Assembly (NCBI GenBank): GCA_963836075.1
Contig: CAWIIB010000009.1
Location: 256,001 to 320,000, forward strand
DNA from: an uncultured Acidobacteriota bacterium
Lineage (GTDB): Bacteria; Acidobacteriota; JAQAZP01
Length of the DNA stretch: 64,000 nt
Direction: 5' to 3'
The notes beneath the pieces are model-generated. The model had not been told where the DNA came from. It did not search any database and saw only the letters and a list, made by a program, of their open reading frames with translations. Below, piece by piece: positions 49,629 to 62,000 of this stretch. The position numbers were made by a program, and so were the translations under genes. Each line of letters opens with the position of its first letter. Position 1 is the first letter of the stretch.

Positions 49629-51557
49629 TCACAACCCCTGAAACCCGCAGTCCTTCAGATACGCGAAGGTCTCCTCGAGCTCCTCGAGCGGCGGCACGAA
49701 GACCACCGTGGCATCCCTCCCGCGGGTCAGGAGCACCCGGTAGGCATTGAGGCGCAGCTGGAACGGGTCGCGCACCTTGGCCTTTTTCAGGTAGCCCCGA
49801 GCTCGATGGTTGGACCACTTGCCGTCGCACCTCTGCAGGTCCGTGCCCCAGGCCAGGAGGACCGCATCCAGCTCGAGTCCCTGAGCGCCGAACTCAGTCA
49901 CCACGGTTTCGAGGTGACGGCAGGACTTTCGGCCGTAGGCCTCCTCCTCATCGCTGTACCAGGGGCCAAACTGAATCCTCTTCGTCGATTGAAAGTCGTT
50001 GGGGATGTCGAAGTTGACCAGATCGCGGTCTTTGGCGGACGCCACCAGCCCGTAACGGGCCTCCTGGTGCTCGGCGTAGCGCTCTCTCAGGTAGTCCTTT
50101 GCCGTGTCGAGGTCGTTGGTGATACGAAGGTGGTAGCCCTGCCGCTCGAGCTCGGTGGCAAACCTCTTGAGATCGCCCGCCACCTCGCCATCCAGGATCC
50201 CCGCAACAAATCGATGCAGATCGGAGGCGAGATGGAAACGGATCTCTGTATCGAGGCTCAAGGAGCCTGAGACTTCATACTTCACTTGACCCCCATCAAA
50301 CAAACTCGCCACTTCAGGCGGCAGATGGACGGCCCAGGCGTCACTGTCCCCGGCCCCCTCGATCGCCAAGCGCCACTGCCCCAAGCCCGCCTCTTCGCCG
50401 ACGTGGATCTCCTGCCCGCTGCCGATGAGGCCGATCACCACACACCACTCGGGGATGCGCCCGGCGAACTCGATGAAATGCTCCGGCTCGGACTTTCCCG
50501 CGCTGAACCCGGGTGTGTTCTTATGCTTCGCCTGCACCTGGTCCGCATCGAATGCGCGCTGGGCCTCGTCGAAGATCAGCACATGCTCGGGCGGGACCAG
50601 GTTCTGCCGCCGGGAGTAGGTCTTGACGTAATCCTTGACCCCGCGGACAAAGGCCTTCCCGCCGCCGCCGGCGCTCTTCAGCTCGTATTGCAGGACCTCC
50701 ACCAGGGGCCCGTTGCCGGACAGGAACACCGCCGGCACGCTGGGATTGCCATTGGCCCGCGGCACGGCCAGGTCGTCGAGGAAGTGGGCATGGGCCACTC
50801 GCAGGCCGACCAGTGTCTTCCCCGCCCCGGGCACCCCGGTGAGTAGAATCAGGTGCCTGGTCTTGCCGGCCGCAGCCTGATGGATGATGCTGGTGATCTC
50901 CGAGACGGCTGGGTCGGTGGCCGCCCGGGCCCGGTGGATCGGCCGCAGGTGCCCATGATGAAACAGCTCGCGTGCCGCCTGCACAAGGGTGGGCAACGGG
51001 CAATAGGCTGATTCCTGGAGAAACTGGCTCGGTGTCAGCGGCGGCCGGTCCGGGTCCTCTTTCAGCTCCCTAATCAGCGCGTCCAGCGCATCGGGCCCGG
51101 CGATCTGCACCCCTGACTGTTCACCGATATAACCCTTGGCCCGCATCGGGACGCAGATCGGTAGCACCGGCCTGACCTGGCAGTCCCGGTGATAGCAGCG
51201 CAGGTCCCTGGCGTAGGCCGACGCCTGATCGATATCCGCCCGGGAGGGCTCGGTTTTCCCCTTCAGCTCGAGGACGACAACGATTCCCTTGGCCAGCAGG
51301 ATAACGTCCGGCCGCCGGGACTCCATAGGCAGTTCATACTCGAGGATGGCCGAGTATCCATCCGCCCCCACATCGAGATGCAAGACTTCGTCCACTTCCC
51401 GCTGGAGGACCGGGATGGAGTCGTCCCAGGCCCGGATCTGGGACAGACCGGCATCACGGACAAAGTCTTCCAGTTTGCCCCGGATGACCTTGGCCGGCGT
51501 TTCCCGAAAGTGCGGGAATGTCGAACCCCAGCCGTATCTGGCTTCTTCTTCAGACAT
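49629..51557 (-). CDS. DUF2075 (Schlafen group 3-like) nuclease-helicase
   Basis: RRPDVILL..VLELKG, TGVPGAGKT, LSGNGPL, IFDEAQRA, QGLELD, NAYRVLLTRGR. Confidence 0.88.
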   Translation of the reverse strand: MSEEEARYGWGSTFPHFRETPAKVIRGKLEDFVRDAGLSQIRAWDDSIPVLQREVDEVLHLDVGADGYSAILEYELPMESRRPDVILLAKGIVVVLELKGKTEPSRADIDQASAYARDLRCYHRDCQVRPVLPICVPMRAKGYIGEQSGVQIAGPDALDALIRELKEDPDRPPLTPSQFLQESAYCPLPTLVQAARELFHHGHLRPIHRARAATDPAVSEITSIIHQAAAGKTRHLILLTGVPGAGKTLVGLRVAHAHFLDDLAVPRANGNPSVPAVFLSGNGPLVEVLQYELKSAGGGGKAFVRGVKDYVKTYSRRQNLVPPEHVLIFDEAQRAFDADQVQAKHKNTPGFSAGKSEPEHFIEFAGRIPEWCVVIGLIGSGQEIHVGEEAGLGQWRLAIEGAGDSDAWAVHLPPEVASLFDGGQVKYEVSGSLSLDTEIRFHLASDLHRFVAGILDGEVAGDLKRFATELERQGYHLRITNDLDTAKDYLRERYAEHQEARYGLVASAKDRDLVNFDIPNDFQSTKRIQFGPWYSDEEEAYGRKSCRHLETVVTEFGAQGLELDAVLLAWGTDLQRCDGKWSNHRARGYLKKAKVRDPFQLRLNAYRVLLTRGRDATVVFVPPLEELEETFAYLKDCGFQGL

Positions 51558-51835
51558 GTGGCCTCGGGAGCACTTAAGGAGAAAGTTATCGGAGATCAGA
51601 AAGCACCCTTTGCCCGTTGGTGATGGCAACAACGCATCTCCCCGGGAGACTTTGGCTGAATTATAAGTCACCACGAGCCACGCTTCCAAGTGGGCTGAGC
51701 GCAGGATGATTAATAATAGAATTCAGGGCAGGTGTCTGGGTTGTCGGCTAAAGCCTTGACTGGCCATAACATTGGAGGCACACAAGTTAGACCTAAATCG
51801 TGTGAGAACAATGTCAATATTTGGCGCAGTTGCAT

Positions 51836-51881
51836 TGAAGCTGAGGGGGATCGAACCCCTGACCTCGTGACTGCCAGTTAC
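51836..51881 (-). mobile_element. 3' fragment of tRNA-Ala(GGC), probable att site
   Basis: Minus strand GTAACTGGCAGTCACGAGGTCAGGGGTTCGATCCCCCTCAGCTTCA gives a GGC anticodon loop, T-arm and 3' acceptor strand, with no D-arm. Confidence 0.75.
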
Positions 51882-53666
51882 AGAGCGATGCTGTCGCCCA
51901 ATATTGTCACCTGCATCTTCGCTCGAGTGATGCCTGTGTAAACAAGTTGTCGAGGGTTTACCAGACGACCTGTTTCTGGAGTCAAAAGAAAAACCCTCTC
52001 AAACTCCGATCCCTGACTTTTATGCACTGTCAACGCCCAAGCCGGCTCATGAGGCGGCAGCTTTGACAACGGTATCCGTCTCAACTCTCCCCCCACAGTC
52101 GGGAAACAAACCTTCACCTGCCCCTCATCAAGCCAGCACACCCCCACATCCCCATTGAACAGGTTGGTCTGGTAGTCGTTCCTGGTCACCATCACTGGCT
52201 GTGCATGGTAGTGCCGTCCCGGCCCGATCATCCGCGATCGTCTAAGCCAGGTCTCGATATACTCATTGAGCTTGATCGAACCCCACTTCCCCACCCTGGT
52301 GGCGGATAGCAGCCTTAGCTCATTGAGCTTCTCTAGGGCCTCCTCCGGTGTCTTGCACTCCAGATATTCCTTGAGGAAGGGGATCACCGGCTCAAGGATA
52401 TCCTCGACTTTTTCAGGAAGATCCCTCCTGGTCACTTCGGGGTAGTCGATCGCTTTCCAGGATTTCCAGGGCTCTTTCCGCATCACCCACCCTGACCGCT
52501 TCGGTGAGCAGGCCGATCCCCGAGTCCTTGCCAAAGCGGTAAGAGTGCTTGAGCCGGATCACCGCATCCCGTAGCGGATCGGCCTTCTCTTCCCACTTCG
52601 ACGTGCTGTCCCGCCAAATTCTGACAGGCCTCGGCAAAGACCGCCCCATACGCTTCATTTTTCTCCGCCTCCCGGCAGATCTCGGCCAGCAGATCGCCGG
52701 CATCCACACTGGGCAGTTGGTATTCATCCCCCAGGATGATGATCCTTCCATTCGGCGGCATGGCCTCAAGAAGGCCGTCCATCAGCAGGAGCCCCACCAT
52801 CGAGGCTTCATCCACCACCAGGATATCCGCATCGAGCTGCCGTTCTTTGTTGAAACGGAAGCTGTCCTTGACCGGGATGTATTCGAGAAGGCGGTGGATT
52901 GTTTTCGCTTCTACGCCAAGCTTTTCGCTTATACCTTCCGGCAACGAGCCACATTGTTTCTCGATAGTCCAGCAGATCGTCCAACTGCTCGCGGATCGAC
53001 TCGGTGAGCCGGTTGGCCGCCTTTCCGGTGGGGGCGGCAAGCGCAACTCTGAGCTTCTCCTCCCGGACCAGCAGCAGGGCCAGGACCCGGGCCACGGTGT
53101 GGGTCTTTCCCGTCCCGGGGCCACCGGTGATCACGCAGAACCGGTGGCGGAGGGCACTGACCGCAGCCACGGCCTGCCAGTTGATGTCGGTCCCTTCTGG
53201 TGGGTGGGCCGAAGAGCTGCTGAATCAGGGGCTTGAGCTTGTCAAAGCCGGTATCGTCTGCCGGCATCTCGAGCCGAGTGCGGATGTTCGCCCAGATGCG
53301 CTGCTCGGCATGGTAGAAGCGGGCGAACTGGAGTTTGCCGGTGCTGGTCAGGACGAGGGGTTCGTCGCCGGTGCCGTCGCCGACCAGGTCGGAGGCGTTG
53401 AGGGTGGCGAGCCACTCGTCCTTGGGCGGGAGGGAGGGTACGGCCTCTTCGGACTCGAGGGGGAGGGGCTGGCCGGCGAACTCGTCGATGAGGGCGTAGC
53501 TGTGGCCCTGCTGGTTGAGGAGTTCGAGGAGGGTGACGGAAAGGGCGATGGTATCTGCGTGTTCAGATTTAGCTCTTGCAGGAGAGCGGCGAGAAAGAGG
53601 AGATTGCTTCAGTCGCTCCGCTCCTCGCAATGAATCGGTGACAGGCACAAAGCTGCCAGTCACCAT
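51878..53666 (-). CDS. recD: Exodeoxyribonuclease V alpha subunit, several frameshifts
   Basis: ITGGPGTGKT, LAAPTGKAA, TIHRLL, VVDEASMV, GDEYQLPSVDAG, LFNGDVG, TVHKSQGSEF, YTGITRA. Confidence 0.88.
53600..53633. repeat. Half copy of the 10396 palindromic element at the recB/recD junction
   Basis: GAGATTGCTTCAGTCGCTCCGCTCCTCGCAATGA. Confidence 0.75.
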
Positions 53667-53683
53667 TTGCCTCAACCAGTGCT

Positions 53684-56600
53684 TCAGGTCGGCCGATCGT
53701 GATACCACCCGTTGTCACCAGTACCTTCAATCCCCCTGACAAAGGCGTAGAAGACACCGCCAAAGTGCTGCTCGTAGTCGTAGCCCTTCACCCTTGACCC
53801 GAGGAACTGGTGCAGGGCCGCGCAGTAGAGGTGGTACTGCAGGATGTAGTGGTGGTCCACCATGGGGCGCCAGAGGCCGTCCTGGTCGTATTCGCCGGGA
53901 GTGTTCCCCAGGTGGTTCGACTTCCAGTCGATGATGTACCAGCGGTCGTCATGCTCGAAGACCAGGTCGACATACCCCTTGAGATAACCGTGGATCGCTC
54001 TGGCGTCGAGACGCTTCCAGTTGATCGGCATACTCGCCGGCAATACGGCCCTCGGCGTTTTTGGCGAAGAGATCGCCCAGGCCGGCCGGCTTCAGCTTGC
54101 TCAAGCGGCAGGTAGAACTCCCACTCGTTGAGACGGCTCTCCACCGGCACCTGGTCAAGGCTGAAGCCGGCGACCGGGCAAAGGCGCCGACGTGACCCGC
54201 TTCACCATCTCCCAGACATCCTGACGGGGGTCCAGCTCACCGAAGTGGCGTGCCGGGTCGAGGAGGTCGTAGCTCTTCAGCATCTGCTCCACCAGTTCAC
54301 CTGTTTTCGGTTCGTTTGCGCTGGTGAAGTCGCAATGCTCGAAGATCCCGTGGAAGCAGTTTCCCGACCGTGCCCCCTTGGCAAAGGCGAAAATGCCCGT
54401 TGGTTCTGCTTCCTCGGTGACCACCAGGTCTGTTGCCGGGTCTTCGTGGTCCGGGGTTTCGCTCGGGGGGACGGCATCCTCGCTGTCCGGCATGAGGATC
54501 ACATCGGGCGAGCCGGCCTGGTACCCGTGCCCCTTGGTCAACGAGCTGAAGCTGGTGACCCGCCAGACGTCGAAGCGGGGGGCGAGGTTGTGCTTCAGCA
54601 CAGAGGCGGACAGTTCCGGTGACTCACCTCCCTGCCCTTTCTGCCAGACAGGGACAGAGTCTTCTGTTTCTTGGAGTTCAACCACCTGCATCAGGCCCGG
54701 GTTGGCTTGTGACAGGCTGTTGATCGCCTCCCCGGCATCGCCGGTGATCAGGCTGGCGGCGTCCTCCATGCTCTGGCCATCCGCCTGTGTCCTCTTCACC
54801 CTCGCCAGCGTCACTGGCCGGGCGCAGCAGGTAGCGCAGGGCCGATTTCCATGAGCCGCCGCTTTCCTGGCCGATATCGCCCCAGACCGCGTAGCAGCGG
54901 TGGATCGCCCTGGTCAGGGCCACGTAGGTCAGCCGGAGCTCCTCGGCCAGCCGTTCGGCCTCGGCCCGGGGGTGGTACTGCTCACGGGCGTCCTTGCCAA
55001 AGGCGTAGACCACCCGGGATTCGTCCTCCTTGTGGTGGACCAGGATCGGCTGCTTCGCATCCACCGGCCTGGAGTCCCAGAGGTCGGTGCAGAAGACGAT
55101 GCCGTACTGCAGGCCCTTGGCCCGGTGGATGGTGGAGATGGTCACCGCGTCGGCCTCGCTCTCCAGGCGCAGCTCGGTCTGCTCGCGCTCCTTGGTCCCC
55201 TCGGCCCGGGTTCTCCGCACCCAGCTGAGGAGGCCGTCCGGGGCGAGGCTGTCCCGGGCCGCCGCCTGGTGCAGGATCTCCACGCAGTGCAGGATGTTGG
55301 TCAGCCGCCGTTCGCCGTCCACCAGCGTGGCCAGCCGGGCCCGCACACCCTGTTTGGCGATCAGCCGCTGGGCCATGGCGGTGAACCCGCAGGCCAGCCA
55401 GGTGTCGCGCATCAGCTCCAGCTCTTCCACCGCCTCTTCCCAGAGCGTGTCGTTCTCGTCCAGGGTGCGGATCTGGGACGCCTTGACGCCCCACAGCTCG
55501 GTGGTCAGGGCGCCGCGCACGGCGGCGTGGTAGCGCGAGTTGAGCACCGCGAACATCACCGTCTCCAGCTCGGCCATCTCGTGGGTCTGGAGGACGCTGT
55601 CGGTGTTGGCGATGATCGCCGGCACACCGGCCTCGCGCAGCCGGCCCTGCAGGTCGGACGCCTGCCAGTTGGCGCTGACCAGGATGGCGATGTCGGGCGG
55701 CCCCACACGGCGGTCCCCGATCTTCAGCTGCTCGTCTGCCGAGGAGGCGCACCACCTCGCGGACCACCGCGGGGTAGATGATCTCCCGGGCGTCTCCCTT
55801 GCTCAGGGGCTTGCCCTTCTCACCCCGGGGGACGGTCCACCAGCTGAAGGGCGGGGTGTCGTCGCCGGTGAGCGGCTTCTCATCCACCTTGCCCGCCGCC
55901 ACCGCGTTCTCGAAGGGGATCTCGGGGTGGACGAAGGGGTCGGGGCCGCGTTCAAAGACCCGGTTCACCGCCTCCACCAGGCCGCTCTCCGAGCGCCAGT
56001 TCCTGGTCAGCGAGAAGAGCTCGTCGGCCTGGCGCTTGGCCTGCAGGTAGGTGAAGATGTCGGCCCCGCGGAAACGGTAGATCGCCTGCTTGGGGTCGCC
56101 GATGAGGAAGAGCGGCTTGCCGGCAAAGGCGGTGCGGAAGATGGCGTACTGGTAGGGGTCGGTGTCCTGGAACTCGTCGATCAGGGCCACTTGGTACTGC
56201 TTGCCGATGGAGTCTTTCAGCTCCTCGGCTTTCTGTTCATCCGCCGGCCGGTTCAGCGCCTCGTCCAGCCGCCGCAGCATGTCGTCGAAGGCGAGGATGT
56301 GACGCCGCCGCTTCTCCTGGTCGAAGGTCAGCCCCACCGTGTCGATGAACTCCCGGGAGAGGCTGAGGAAGACGTCATCGATGGCCTCGGCCAGCCGGTC
56401 GCAGGCCTGGAAGAGGGGGAAGGACGGCGGCGCCTTCTGCTCCTTCTTCCGCTTGTTCATCTTGTCGTGGACTTTTTCCGTGGTGCAGCCCAGCGCCGTC
56501 TCCAGGCCGGTGATCAGGTCACCCCGGCCCAGGGCCTCGAACCCGTCGATCACCTCCTGGCAGCGATTCCGGGGCCAGCGGTGCGTTCTTGTTCCAGGTT

Positions 56601-57344
56601 GTGTCGCTCGAGAAGGCTTCCAGGGCCGCCGCGTCGAAAGATTCGAGGACCTCGTCCACCGCCTGTCTGGAAGTCGGCCAGCGATGCATCCACCGGCCGG
56701 CTCTCCGGCAGCATCTCGGTGTGCGGGTGCCGGCGCCACTTCCTGAAGTGCTCCACCAGCTGCTCCCGCTTCCACTTCCGGGAGACCGACAGGGCGGCCA
56801 GCTGCTTGTCCGCCGCCACCCGGTCGCGCCAGAAGTCGACGGTGGCCAGGTTGATGTAGTGGCTGTCGTCGTCCTCGACATTCTCGGTGTGGAACGGCAT
56901 CCCGCTCTCGAAGGCGTTGGTGGTCAGCACCCGCTGGCAGAAGCTGTGGATGGTGCAGACCGCCAGGTCGTCGCACTGGCGAAGCGCCTCGCGGAGCCTG
57001 GCCAGACCGCTGCCGTCATCCTTCGACTTGAGGTGCAGGATCAGCTCGTCGTCTGTCTCGCCGCCGGCAAAGGCCCGCTCGGCGTCGCTGATCAGCCGCC
57101 TGATTCTGGTCACCAGTTCCGCGGTGGCGGCCCGGGTGAAGGTGACCACGAGGATGTGGGGCAGCTCGATCGGGCCAGTGGGGCCATCCTTGCCTGCCTT
57201 GCCGGCAACGGGGGTGACCCCCTCGAGCAGCAGGCGCAGGACCATCCTGGTCAGGGCATAGGTCTTCCCCGTGCCGGCCCCGGCCTCCACCAGGGTGATG
57301 CCGGGGGAGATGGGGGAGGTTTGGATGTTGAAGGATTCGGTCAT
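53684..57344 (-). CDS. recB: Exodeoxyribonuclease V beta subunit, several frameshifts
   Basis: EAGAGTGKT, VTFTRAAT, TIHSFCQ, IDEFQDTD, GDPKQAIYRFRGAD, TIHRAKGLQY, YVALTRA, GYVDLVF..IIDWKSN, HYILQYHLY. Confidence 0.9.
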
Positions 57345-57353
57345 GTTAGGCCG

Positions 57354-57632
57354 TCACTCGGCCCCTCCTTCGATTGTTACGAGCAGTTCCCGACCTTTCT
57401 CCGTCAGCCGGTATTTCTGCTTGCTGCTTCGGGGCTTGTCGGGGATGGTCATCTCGATAAATTCCGCTTTTAGTAGTGCATTCAATACTTGGTGCCGGAA
57501 CTTGGTACGGTCAGAACGCCCGGTAACGGCCATAAGACTCACTAATGTGCTGTCCTCACGGCATTTATGCAGAATGTCGACTTGGTGCCGACTTAGTGCC
57601 GGCTTGGTGCCGATTTCAGAAGAGTCGGGCAA
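57354..57632 (-). pseudogene. C-terminal wHTH remnant of a Fic/ATPase-associated protein
   Basis: GRSDRTKFRHQVLNALL...EMTIPDKPRSSKQKYRLTEKG. Confidence 0.7.
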
Positions 57633-57885
57633 AACCGCAGGCAGAAAGGTAATAAAGTGGATTTTCCACTGTGGGTTTGTCGTTCCGCCTCTTCACCAAG
57701 TCAAAATAGGATTTCCAAACCTGGAATAGCGTTTCATCAATTTGGATGTGATTGTTTGAGTCTAAACCAGCCTCGACCAGATCGAAGATTGTAAGCAACA
57801 GCAGAGGCTTATGAGGACGCTCATGCTGATGTTGCTTATCGCGTCGAAGATTGTAGAGTTTTTCGAGAACGTCTACGTACTTCAT
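57616..57885 (-). pseudogene. Truncated SBD-like N-terminal domain of an HNH restriction nuclease
   Basis: ERPHKPLLLLTIFDL...NPLYYL..GF, with no HNH domain. Confidence 0.6.
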
Positions 57886-58003
57886 CGTCTATTACTTACC
57901 TCAAAGCCCAATTGCGCTGTTATTGCGTACCAGACTCAACGCCAACTGATATCCACTCGGCATTACACCTATCTGGCACATTCGACTATGAATTTACGAC
58001 AAC

Positions 58004-58937
58004 TTATTCTAATTGCAGCGGTTTAACTCGCGGTCAGATTCTCTGGAAAAAGCTTCTGCTCGCTCCTTCATCCACTCATGCAAGTCAGGCCAAACATGCT
58101 TATTCTTCGAATCACCATCTCGGGATTGAATGATCCGGCAATCCTGTCCATCAGGCAGTTCGTGCCATTCGAGTTCACCCAATACATCTTCTATGGCTTC
58201 TCGATCTTCAATGAGCTTGCCGAAAGCAAGCTTGGCCAGTTTCCCCCGGATATACAGTTCACAACCTAGGCGCTTAACTTGTGTATTGGTTGTAAGACTC
58301 AGGTGAAATTTTGACCGGCCAATGGCAATTGAATACCAATGTTGGGGCCTCGGTGTTCGGAGTCGAAGATCTGTTTCAGAGTTCTCATATATTCCTTAAG
58401 CGCATTCCAGAATCCGTGATGACCGGCTTTGGTAGATGATAAGGATTTGACGTTTGGACCACTCATTACTGATTTTGACCTCGTTAGGGCTGGCAACAAC
58501 ATTGAATCGAGAGGCAGGTCTCGAATCATCAATTTTCCACAATTCAATTTCACAAGCAATGAAGGCCACATCGGCGACGGTCATCTCATTTAGCCAATCT
58601 ACAGCCTGTCGATGCTCATCAGTGACTTCTCTACAAATCCAGATGACAATCCTTGCATCAATTCCCGATGCTAGGTAATAAGTTGCCCGAGATGCTTGTG
58701 ATCGGTTTTGTTAAGCTGATTCTCAATGATGACAGTTCTACCATCATTATCTCGTGCCAGGATGTCGGCCCTAAATGAACCAATCGGGACTTCCGTCCCT
58801 TCCAGTTCCAGATCCAATCCGATCGCATCACCGAGTATTTGAAGATGAGCTTCTTCCGCTAACCATGGAGTAAAATCAGCTTCTTCATTTCTCCATCGAA
58901 TTCTAACGTCAACAGAATCTATCATTCCTAACTCCAT
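58004..58937 (-). CDS. DUF4268 domain protein, frameshifted, AT-rich
   Basis: NEEADFTPWL, GSFRADILA, IIENQLNKTDHKHLGQLIT. Confidence 0.8.
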
Positions 58938-59036
58938 AGGCTACCTCCATATATTCATCATTGAAATTAAATGTATATATCTTAGAGTGGTCAATCAAAA
59001 TCTCTTCATAAATATTGTTGATTGCATTTTCAAACC

Positions 59037-62000
59037 TCATTTAAATCTCCATCCTTGACCCCAGCGCCCCACGCCACAGCTTACGGGCCCAGTGCTCGAA
59101 CTCTTCCTTCTGTTCATCCAGAGCATCCTTGCCCCGGTAACAAAGGATACGTACTGGTCCTCGCGCTCTCCTTTGGCGGCATCGCCCCGATACTGATCTC
59201 CCTTCCAGGCATAGAACGCTTTTGACCAGGGTGAGGACAGGCGGCTGGTGCTCTTTCCCTCCCGCTCGTATTCTTTGATCTTGGCGCGCTGCAGTTCATA
59301 CTCGTAGCTGGTCTTTTCGAAGAGCGGCACCGGCTTCTGCAGCATATGATGCGGGTATCCCTGATGAATGAACTGATAATGCGCTTTGGTTCATGGATGA
59401 TGCCGAACTTCATTTCCTCGTCGGTGCCGATCAGCCGGGTGAATGGACTGGCTTCTGACATTTTCCGCCCAGTTCCTCCTCTTTCGAGACAGGCGCTATA
59501 CGCCAGGTGCGTGAACCACGCCCGGATGATGTCCTTCGGCTTCAAGCTGGCACACCGGAACTGCACCCGCCCCTGGTCGGTGAGGTTCTCGATCCGGCCG
59601 GTGAGCTTCCAGGGGTTCCCTTCGACCTCGCCTTCCAGCGCCACCGTCAGCGGCTCCAGCGGCACGGGCGCCCCAACCTTCTCCACGAACTGCTGCACCT
59701 GGGTGCCCAGCTGGGCGTGATAGGCCCGGCCCAGGTGGTCCGGCGGCAGGTCGCCCCGTGCCTGGAGGATGTCCCACTCGCGCTCCATGTCGGGCTGGGG
59801 CATCGGTTCGCCCGGCCCGCGGCCCGCGGCCAGCCTCAGCCGTTCGCCTGCCAGCCAGTTCTCGAAGGCGTATTTCTCGAGGCCGGCCATCTCCAGCGGC
59901 TCCACGTCCTCCAGCTCGGCCTCTTCCCGGGGCAGGACGATGCCCAGTGTCCTGTTGCAGAAGAACTTGCAGGGGTGGGTCCAGCAGGCGATCAGGTCGT
60001 CGAGGGTCAGGTCGAGACACTGGGCGTTCTCTTCACTGAGCGGAATCGGCTCGGTGAAGAAGGGGACGGCCGCGGGCGGATTCTGGGCCGCGCGGGTGGC
60101 CCGCACACCCTCGGCGGCCTGGCAGTTGTCCCGGGAGTAGCTGAAGAGCTTCCGGTCGCTGCGGTCGAAGTAGGCCGCGTTGAACGGCTGGAGGGGGTGG
60201 AGGGTGGTGATGGCTTCGCGGGGGGTCTCAATGAGATTGCTTCGTCGCTGCGCTCCTCGCAATGACAGATCATCCGCTCGCAATGACATGCTCTGGTCCA
60301 CCACATTCAGCAGCTCATCCACCACCACCGAGGCGGCCCGCTCCTTGTTGTCCTTTTGCGAGCGGCCGACGTAGCGTGATGATCAGCCGCTCGGAGGCGG
60401 CGGCCAGGGTCTCGAGGAAGAGCTGCTTCTGGTCGGCGCGGACAGAGCGGTCGCCGGGCAGCGGCCTGGCCGCCATCAGGTCGAAGGTGGGGGGCCGCTC
60501 CTTGGAGGGGAACGACCCGTCGTCGAGGCCGGCCACGGCGATGACCCTGAACGGGATGGTGCGCATCGGCTTGAGAGCACAGAAGGTCACCGCCCCGCTG
60601 ATGAAGCTGGTGGCTCGCCCCTCCTCGCCCAGGGCCTGCTCCAGGTGGTCGCGGATCACGGCCATGTCCAGCTCGGGGGGCGCTCCACCTGCGGTTTCGC
60701 CTGCCCGGCGCATGCGGTTCAGTTCCTCGCGCACGGTCTGCAGGGCCTGCTCCTCGCCCCCTTCAGGGGCGAAGAAATTCTCCAGCAGGTCGGCGAGCAG
60801 GTCCGCCCATGCGGTGAGCGACCTTGGCTTACCGCATCTCGTCCAGCCGCTGGAACAGGTCAACCACCCAGCAGTCGAAGCGGCCCAGCAGGTCGAGGTG
60901 GCTCATGGTGGCCGTGCCCAGGGGCAGGATGCCGGCCACCAGGTCGTCCCGCGGCCCGGTGATCATGCCCATCAGCAGGCGGTCGAGGCCGGCCCGCCAG
61001 GTGTTGGCCTCGAAGGGGGGCAGGTTGAAGACGTCCTGCTTGAAGGCGCCGTCCACCCCCCAGCGGATGTTGGTCTCCCGCACCCAGTGCCTGATCTGCG
61101 GCAGCTCGCTGCCCAGGATGCCGGCCTTTCTGCCGCACCGAAGGGATCTCCAGCAGGTCGATCACCTCGGTGGCGGTGAGCCGGGCATCGGCCAGGGCCA
61201 GCACCTTGAGCACCCCCTCGGAGAGCGGCTGCTCCTCGCCCCGCTTGCGGTCGGCGATACTGTAGGGGATGTGCGGCGTGCCGTCGTGCTTCACGCCAAA
61301 GACGGCGTCGATATACGGCGCGTAACTCGCGATCTCGGGCGCCATCACCAGGACGTCGCTGGGCTTCAGATCCGGGTTGCTGTCGAAGGCCTCCAGCAGC
61401 AGGTCGCGCAGCACCTCCATCTCGCGGAGCGGCGAGTGGCAGTTGTGGATGGTGAGCGAGCGGTCGCCCGGGTCAAGGGGCAGGGGCAGGGCGGTGTGGG
61501 TTGATGCGGCGCCGCCCTCTGACGGAGCACCACCAAATCCCCCGCGGTCTATGTCATCGATGACATCATCCTGGATCACCTGGAGGAGGGTGCGGGTGCT
61601 TCCCATCTCCCTCTCCCCCCACAACCCACAGCCCGTTGGCCTCTTCCCCCTCTTCCTCCACCGCCCCATGCTTGAGCAGCAGCTCGAGAAACAGATCCCC
61701 CTGCTCACCCATCGAGCCCAGCAGGCGGTTGCCCTCCAGTGAGCCCTCATCCCCCTCGCCCCTCGCCTTCTTCACCCGAGTGGGGCTGAAGCGGTAGACG
61801 GTCACCGGGATGTGCTTGCCCAGGGCGGCCAGCAGCTCGATGAAGATCGGCGGCAGGCTGCTCACCCCGAAGACGCCGAGGCGCCTCGGCATCCCCTCGA
61901 TCTCGTCCGCCGGGCCGTCGAGCTTGTTGATGTGGTCGATCAGGCGGCGGAAGCGGTCGCCCAGGTGCTCCTGGCCCTTGAGGCCGGCGCAGACCCGGCG

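Noticed and set aside
51836-51900. Functional tRNA-Ala gene
   Set aside because: No D-arm or 5' acceptor strand, the upstream bases are recD coding sequence, and there are mismatches in the anticodon stem and 3' end.
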